Below, piece after piece: positions 11,958 to 64,000 of a stretch of 64,000 nucleotides of DNA (its first letter is position 1; each line of letters starts with the position of its first letter). The position numbers and the translations under genes were made by a program. The stretch lies in the NCBI GenBank assembly GCA_012295275.1, contig CM022670.1, positions 22,630,001-22,694,000 on the forward strand. The letters are read 5' to 3'. Origin of the DNA: Chrysomallon squamiferum (Eukaryota; Animalia; Mollusca). Below the pieces are notes generated by a model. The model ran no database searches. It saw only the letters and a program-made list of their open reading frames with translations, and was not told the origin of the DNA.

Positions 11958-12874
11958 AATCATTTGTAATTTCACTTAACAAATTCACATAAATTAACTG
12001 CCAATCTTTATTCTAGTTTGTTTTTATTTACTATGAAAGAGTATCTGTGAGAATTTAATTTTATGCTTCAGGTGACAATATTTTAACATTTGCTTGTGTT
12101 GTAAGGTTACACTATGGAAGAAATGTAAGCATGTGATGTGATTTTTCTTGCAAAATGCATTGCAGTTGCAGGTTTACTAGAGTATATTATTTCATCTTGA
12201 AAGGCTTCCATTTTGATAACTGCTTTCAGGTAAATATTAAAAGCTTTGAGTAAAATATGAAAATTATTAACTTGGACATTATTAATAACAACATTTCAGT
12301 TTCATAATGATTTATTAACTAATCAAAAACAATAGACATACTTTCAAACAATATGCATGCATGTTTTATGTATAATTATGGTAGCTTTTAAGAAGAAAAA
12401 TATGATGCTTCCTTGGACAATTTTTTTTGTTTGTTTCCATATCTCATTTATTGCACACTGTATTTACCATTAATACAAGCCCAAGTTGTAATTACATTGT
12501 ATGGAAGTTGTTACAACAGCCACAACACAAAAACATTTAAAAATCTAAAAATGTTTTACAAAAATTAACAATGGAAGATTTAGTTAACAAACATTAATGA
12601 AATAGTATTCTTCATCCTATTTAAAGCATATCATTTAGGAAATAAATCTTTAAATGTTGGAAGGATATAAAATGCATTGTCGTATACTTTTGATATATTA
12701 ATAATCACCTGACTTGTTTAAAGAATTTTGCTGAAAATAATTCTTTTTAAAAAAAAAATAGAAAAAAAGAAACTGGCTGGTAAAGTGCAGCTGAAGGTTC
12801 TTGTTAAATTAAGATCTACGTTACAGATGTACATACACACATAAAAATACCTTAGTTATAAATAAAATAAAAAG

Positions 12875-12905
<31 letters not shown>

Positions 12906-13058
12906 TTTTATTTATAATTTTAAAGATATATTATCTATTTACACATTACCAATATGTTTTATTCATTTTCTTTTTTTTTTTTTTTACAATACAAGAAACA
13001 GATATAACAGAAAAATACTACAGTAAAATGGCAGTATTTTTCAGTGTGTTTATGTAAA

Positions 13059-13094
<36 letters not shown>

Positions 13095-13957
13095 TAACAA
13101 AAATAATCACTTAAAATATGGCAAACTTGGGTAATTGGATTCAAATAATATTAAACAGATTTGGTTATCTTTTTCAAACATAGAATATATCTACATTGTA
13201 AATTTTGATAACTTGTATAGGAATTTATTTTTAAGATGTCAAATTTACCTGCCTAGGTATTAAAATAATTTTTGGTAAAACCATGGACAGATCCTTACAT
13301 TTTGTTTTATTTAAAAAAACTGATTTGCTTGGAAGAAATTTTGGGGCCATACATCTTTAACAACAACAAGTACTATTAAAATTAAAAAATCTTGAAATTG
13401 TAAGTATATGACAACAATACAATGCACAAGTACAATTTATTGAACTTAATTACTTGAACAAATTTGCATTTTTTTTAAAACTACTAAACAATGACAAGGG
13501 TACACATATCTGATGATAATTTATTTTGGCAACATAATTTTGGATGTCTATCTTCTGCGAACACTTTTTTTTTTTATTTATAAACTGACAGAAATGTTCA
13601 CAGAGAATTAAAAATCAATCTAACAGATATAAATTATTTTAGTAGTCGCACACAAATTTCAAATAAATATTTTTTAATACATGTATTAGAAAAATATCAC
13701 TTCTCAAAAATACACACAACCCCCTCTCACCTTTTTAAAAACATCTTACAATATCTGGTTTTAGGTCTAGTTTAAAATTATACTACTGAATGGGGGATAT
13801 TCTGGATCTAAATATCATGTTTGACACATTTTTGAAAACTTCAAACTGCATAAAAAATACCAGTTCTAAACACCATAGTCTTTTTTTCACCTTGCACGCG
13901 ATTTCCATAGTGATAACTGTAGACACAAGTAAAATAAGAAAGCCCTCGTCTAACGCT

Positions 13958-61104
<47,147 letters not shown>

Positions 61105-61356
61105 TGTGAAAGCGATGCAAACAAAAAAAAAAAAAAAAAAAAAAAATGACAGCTAACACTTCCCTGTCATTTATGCTACAAAATGGCAGAAACTGTAACC
61201 CTCAAATTCATTGCCGGATGCTTCTTGATGATAAAAAGAAGAAATAGTTTTATGTTATCAAGACTACCGAACACTACTGTCCTGTCTTCCGTTCCGTTGA
61301 TTTGCTTTATTAATGATGAGAATAACTACGTACGTTTTACCAGTACAATAATTAAA
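61105..61356. promoter_or_regulatory. Compact bidirectional promoter/5'UTR region shared by MIB1 and CABLES
   Basis: Only 252 bp between divergent ATGs; A24 tract 61123-61146; YY1-like CAAAATGGC 61179-61187; CpGs locally retained. Confidence 0.7.
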
Positions 61357-61643
61357 ATGTCTGCCACTTCCAAAAAGTTACAAAAAGGCCGTTATCGTCA
61401 AAGACTTGCAGCAATCAGCTTTTTAGCAAATATATCTTTAGATGGCACATACAATGACACCAAATATTCTGCATTTAACAGAAAACACCAAAGATTAAAA
61501 GACGACAGTCCTTGTAATTCAAAAGATGCTATTGAAAGTGAGTCGATAAAAGAAGAAAGCTTTGGAACAGTGCCAAACGAACCAAAATCAAGTAGTCTTT
61601 TGACTGTATTTAATAAATATGACTCTAGCCCAGTACTTCAAAG
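61357..61643 (+). CDS. CABLES1: CDK5 and ABL1 enzyme substrate (CABLES), first coding exon; the gene continues beyond the window
   Basis: MSATSKKLQKGRYRQRLAAISFLANISLDG matches the CABLES N-terminal motif RRxAAxxFLxNISLDG; donor AAG|GTAACA at 61643/61644. Presumably co-orthologous to CABLES1 and CABLES2. Confidence 0.85.
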
Positions 61644-62578
61644 GTAACAGTTTAAAAATATTGAATTTATGTTAATTAATACAAATTCATTAAGTCATGT
61701 TTTATGTGCTATTATTTTGATTTTACAGAAAATGCTTTTCAGTTTTTAGTAAACAGTTAAAACATGTACTTACTACTGTGTTATGGGTTACCAGTCAAAT
61801 TGTCCTCGTGTGAAAATATTCCCGTCACACTTAACACTGACTACACAACGCATACAATAATTAAGAGAAGTGGAATCAAATTCTATGTCATTTTAACCCC
61901 ATACAATCTCTGGATGCCTTAGGCCTATACATATTTTTCTTCCAACATTAATGCTCAATAAGGGTATCCATGTTAAATCAAAGAGGCCATTAAATCTTGC
62001 TTATAACAATCAATTAAGAACATTACTCGCTCAAACCAAACATCAGAGACGAATTCAGGCTAATTCTTTGATGGTTCCGCCTACCTATGTAACTTTATGT
62101 TTTAGCTTTAAAACTGTATGCTTAAGTCTGCATCTCACCATCTGCGTATAACATAATAAACTTTTCGTACGTGGGGACCACATGGTCCTTTGTATGCAGC
62201 GATATTATAACTGGTCACAGTATTAATATGATAATTATGTATACAGTATAGGGAAGACACTGAAATGACTTATGAAAGCTGAAATCAGTTAATACTATTA
62301 TGTAAAAATCAACTTTAAGATTATCAAAATATAAGTTCAACTTTAAAATCTGAGAAATAAAATAAATTATTTTTATTTTTTATTCTGGTTTTAAGTAAAG
62401 ATAATGGAAAAAGACTAGTTAATTAAATTTAATGTAATTGAGCAGTAGTAGAGTTTAAATAATTAAATAGGAACAATGTCACAAAAGAGTAATAAATGAT
62501 TGTGACCACTGCTTTCAGGAATTGCCAGAATGTGGATATTCTGGACATGGTTATTATATAAATTAAAAATGCATGTGA

Positions 62579-62582
<4 letters not shown>

Positions 62583-62610
<28 letters not shown>
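62583..62610. repeat. (TG)n microsatellite
   Basis: Directly visible. Confidence 0.9.
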
Positions 62611-63299
62611 AGGCATTTCCTACTTAGCATCTATTTAATAAGTTTCAATAAATAAATATATAAATGACCTGTGTAAATAATCTAAACAAAAGCACCCGGA
62701 TAAAGAAGATATATGTGGGACATATGTCTCCTACAAAATAACAAATATATACACACATACACACAAACATACATACATTTTTCTTTCTTTTTTTCTGATA
62801 CAATTTTGTTTCATGATTTTCCTCAAAGTTATAAAAACAGTATATTTAGAAAAACCAAACAATTTAGAACACTGGTTTCACTGAAAAAAAAAAAAATAAA
62901 AAAAATAAATAAATAAAAATAAGAATTAGCAGACATCATGATTATATCCCATATATATTGTCTTTATCCAGTTGCATTTATTTAGATTATTTAGACAGGT
63001 CATTATATATTTCTTTATTGAAACTTATTAAATAGATGCTAAGTTTTGTAAATACAAGAAAGCTGAAAAGTAGGTGTTGTGATCTCATATGAACTGGGTA
63101 TTATTTTTTTTAACTTTATGCACAATAAAAGAAATGCCAGAAATAAAGAAATATTAAATCTGACTCAGCAATTCAAAAGCAGAATTTTATGATTATTATT
63201 AATAAAAAATTTTACAATACAGGTTGATACAGAACAAATTGTACATGATTGTAGAAACTGAATTTTGTCTTTCTTTTTTGTTCTGTTGTTGTTTGGTTG

Positions 63300-63301
63300 T
63301 T

Positions 63302-63370
<69 letters not shown>

Positions 63371-63377
63371 CATTATC

Positions 63378-63440
<63 letters not shown>
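63300..63440. repeat. (TTTA)n(TTA)n compound microsatellite
   Basis: Directly visible; it produces three spurious low-complexity ORFs. Confidence 0.97.
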
Positions 63441-63563
63441 TTGTCCTTTTCTCCAAATCTCCTGTTTCACCTTATTTGACAGTAAATAATTATAAATACA
63501 AGGTGATGATGACTTTTATCACTACTTGATTAAGATGACTTAATTGTTTTTTCTCTATTTGAG

Positions 63564-63676
63564 AACCTCTACAATATCTAGTGGTGAAAAGGGATCAAAG
63601 TTCAGTCAGTTGCAGAAGACAGAAGCTTCCACATCAGGGTCCATTTCACTTCCACTGGCTAAAGGAAATGTAGCTG
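63564..63676 (+). CDS. Possible CABLES exon 2
   Basis: Pyrimidine tract then GAG (or the in-frame TAG at 63581). The open frame continues exon 1 (TSTISSGEKGSKFSQLQKTEASTSGSISLPLAKGNVA) to CTG|GTAAAT. No recognisable conserved motif. Confidence 0.45.
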
Positions 63677-64000
63677 GTAAATTGAATAAACATAATCTTA
63701 ACCAGTAACAAACATACAATGAAAATAGTAATCTTCATTCAGAGTTCTGTCGGATTAAATAAATAATTTAATGAGGTTTATTTACAATAATATATATGTA
63801 CACAACTGTATATGTACACAACTCTTACAAATTTATTATGATAATTTCCTCACCAGACATATTAAAGTGTTTACTAAAAATTAAAAGGTGATGTTTTATA
63901 ATTTTAATGAGCACCAGCTTTTTGTTTACAAATTAAATTGATAGTTTACTTTATTACTGAACTTTTATTTAACTGAAAGATAAAGCTATATGCTTGTGTG

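Noticed and set aside
63224-63529. Poly-Y, poly-L and poly-I ORFs
   Set aside because: Translations of the (TTTA)n(TTA)n microsatellite.

Overview
AT-rich, intron-rich animal genomic DNA, probably a mollusc (inferred from the protostome-type miR-133 5p arm and relics resembling Nin-domain SINEs). Four protein-coding genes were assembled by hand from splice sites and reading frames: the 3' part of RIOK1 (+), a complete FKBP12/FKBP1 (+), a complete 22-exon mind bomb 1 (MIB1, -, 1017 aa) and the start of CABLES (+), head-to-head with MIB1. RIOK1 introns hold five related box C/D snoRNAs with two guide specificities. The 34.8 kb MIB1 intron 13 holds miR-1 and miR-133 on the opposite strand. Best leads: (1) FKBP12 has two mutually exclusive 74-nt exons, each with a U2-type acceptor and a U12-type AT-AC donor, which swap the effector 80s loop; (2) a degenerate inverted copy of pre-miR-133 just upstream of the hairpin could sequester it in an alternative fold, and miR-1 has a similarly placed self-complementary site; (3) a snoRNA array whose copies switch between 18S and 28S rRNA targets. 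No database searches or folding programs were run; homology statements are from recall.
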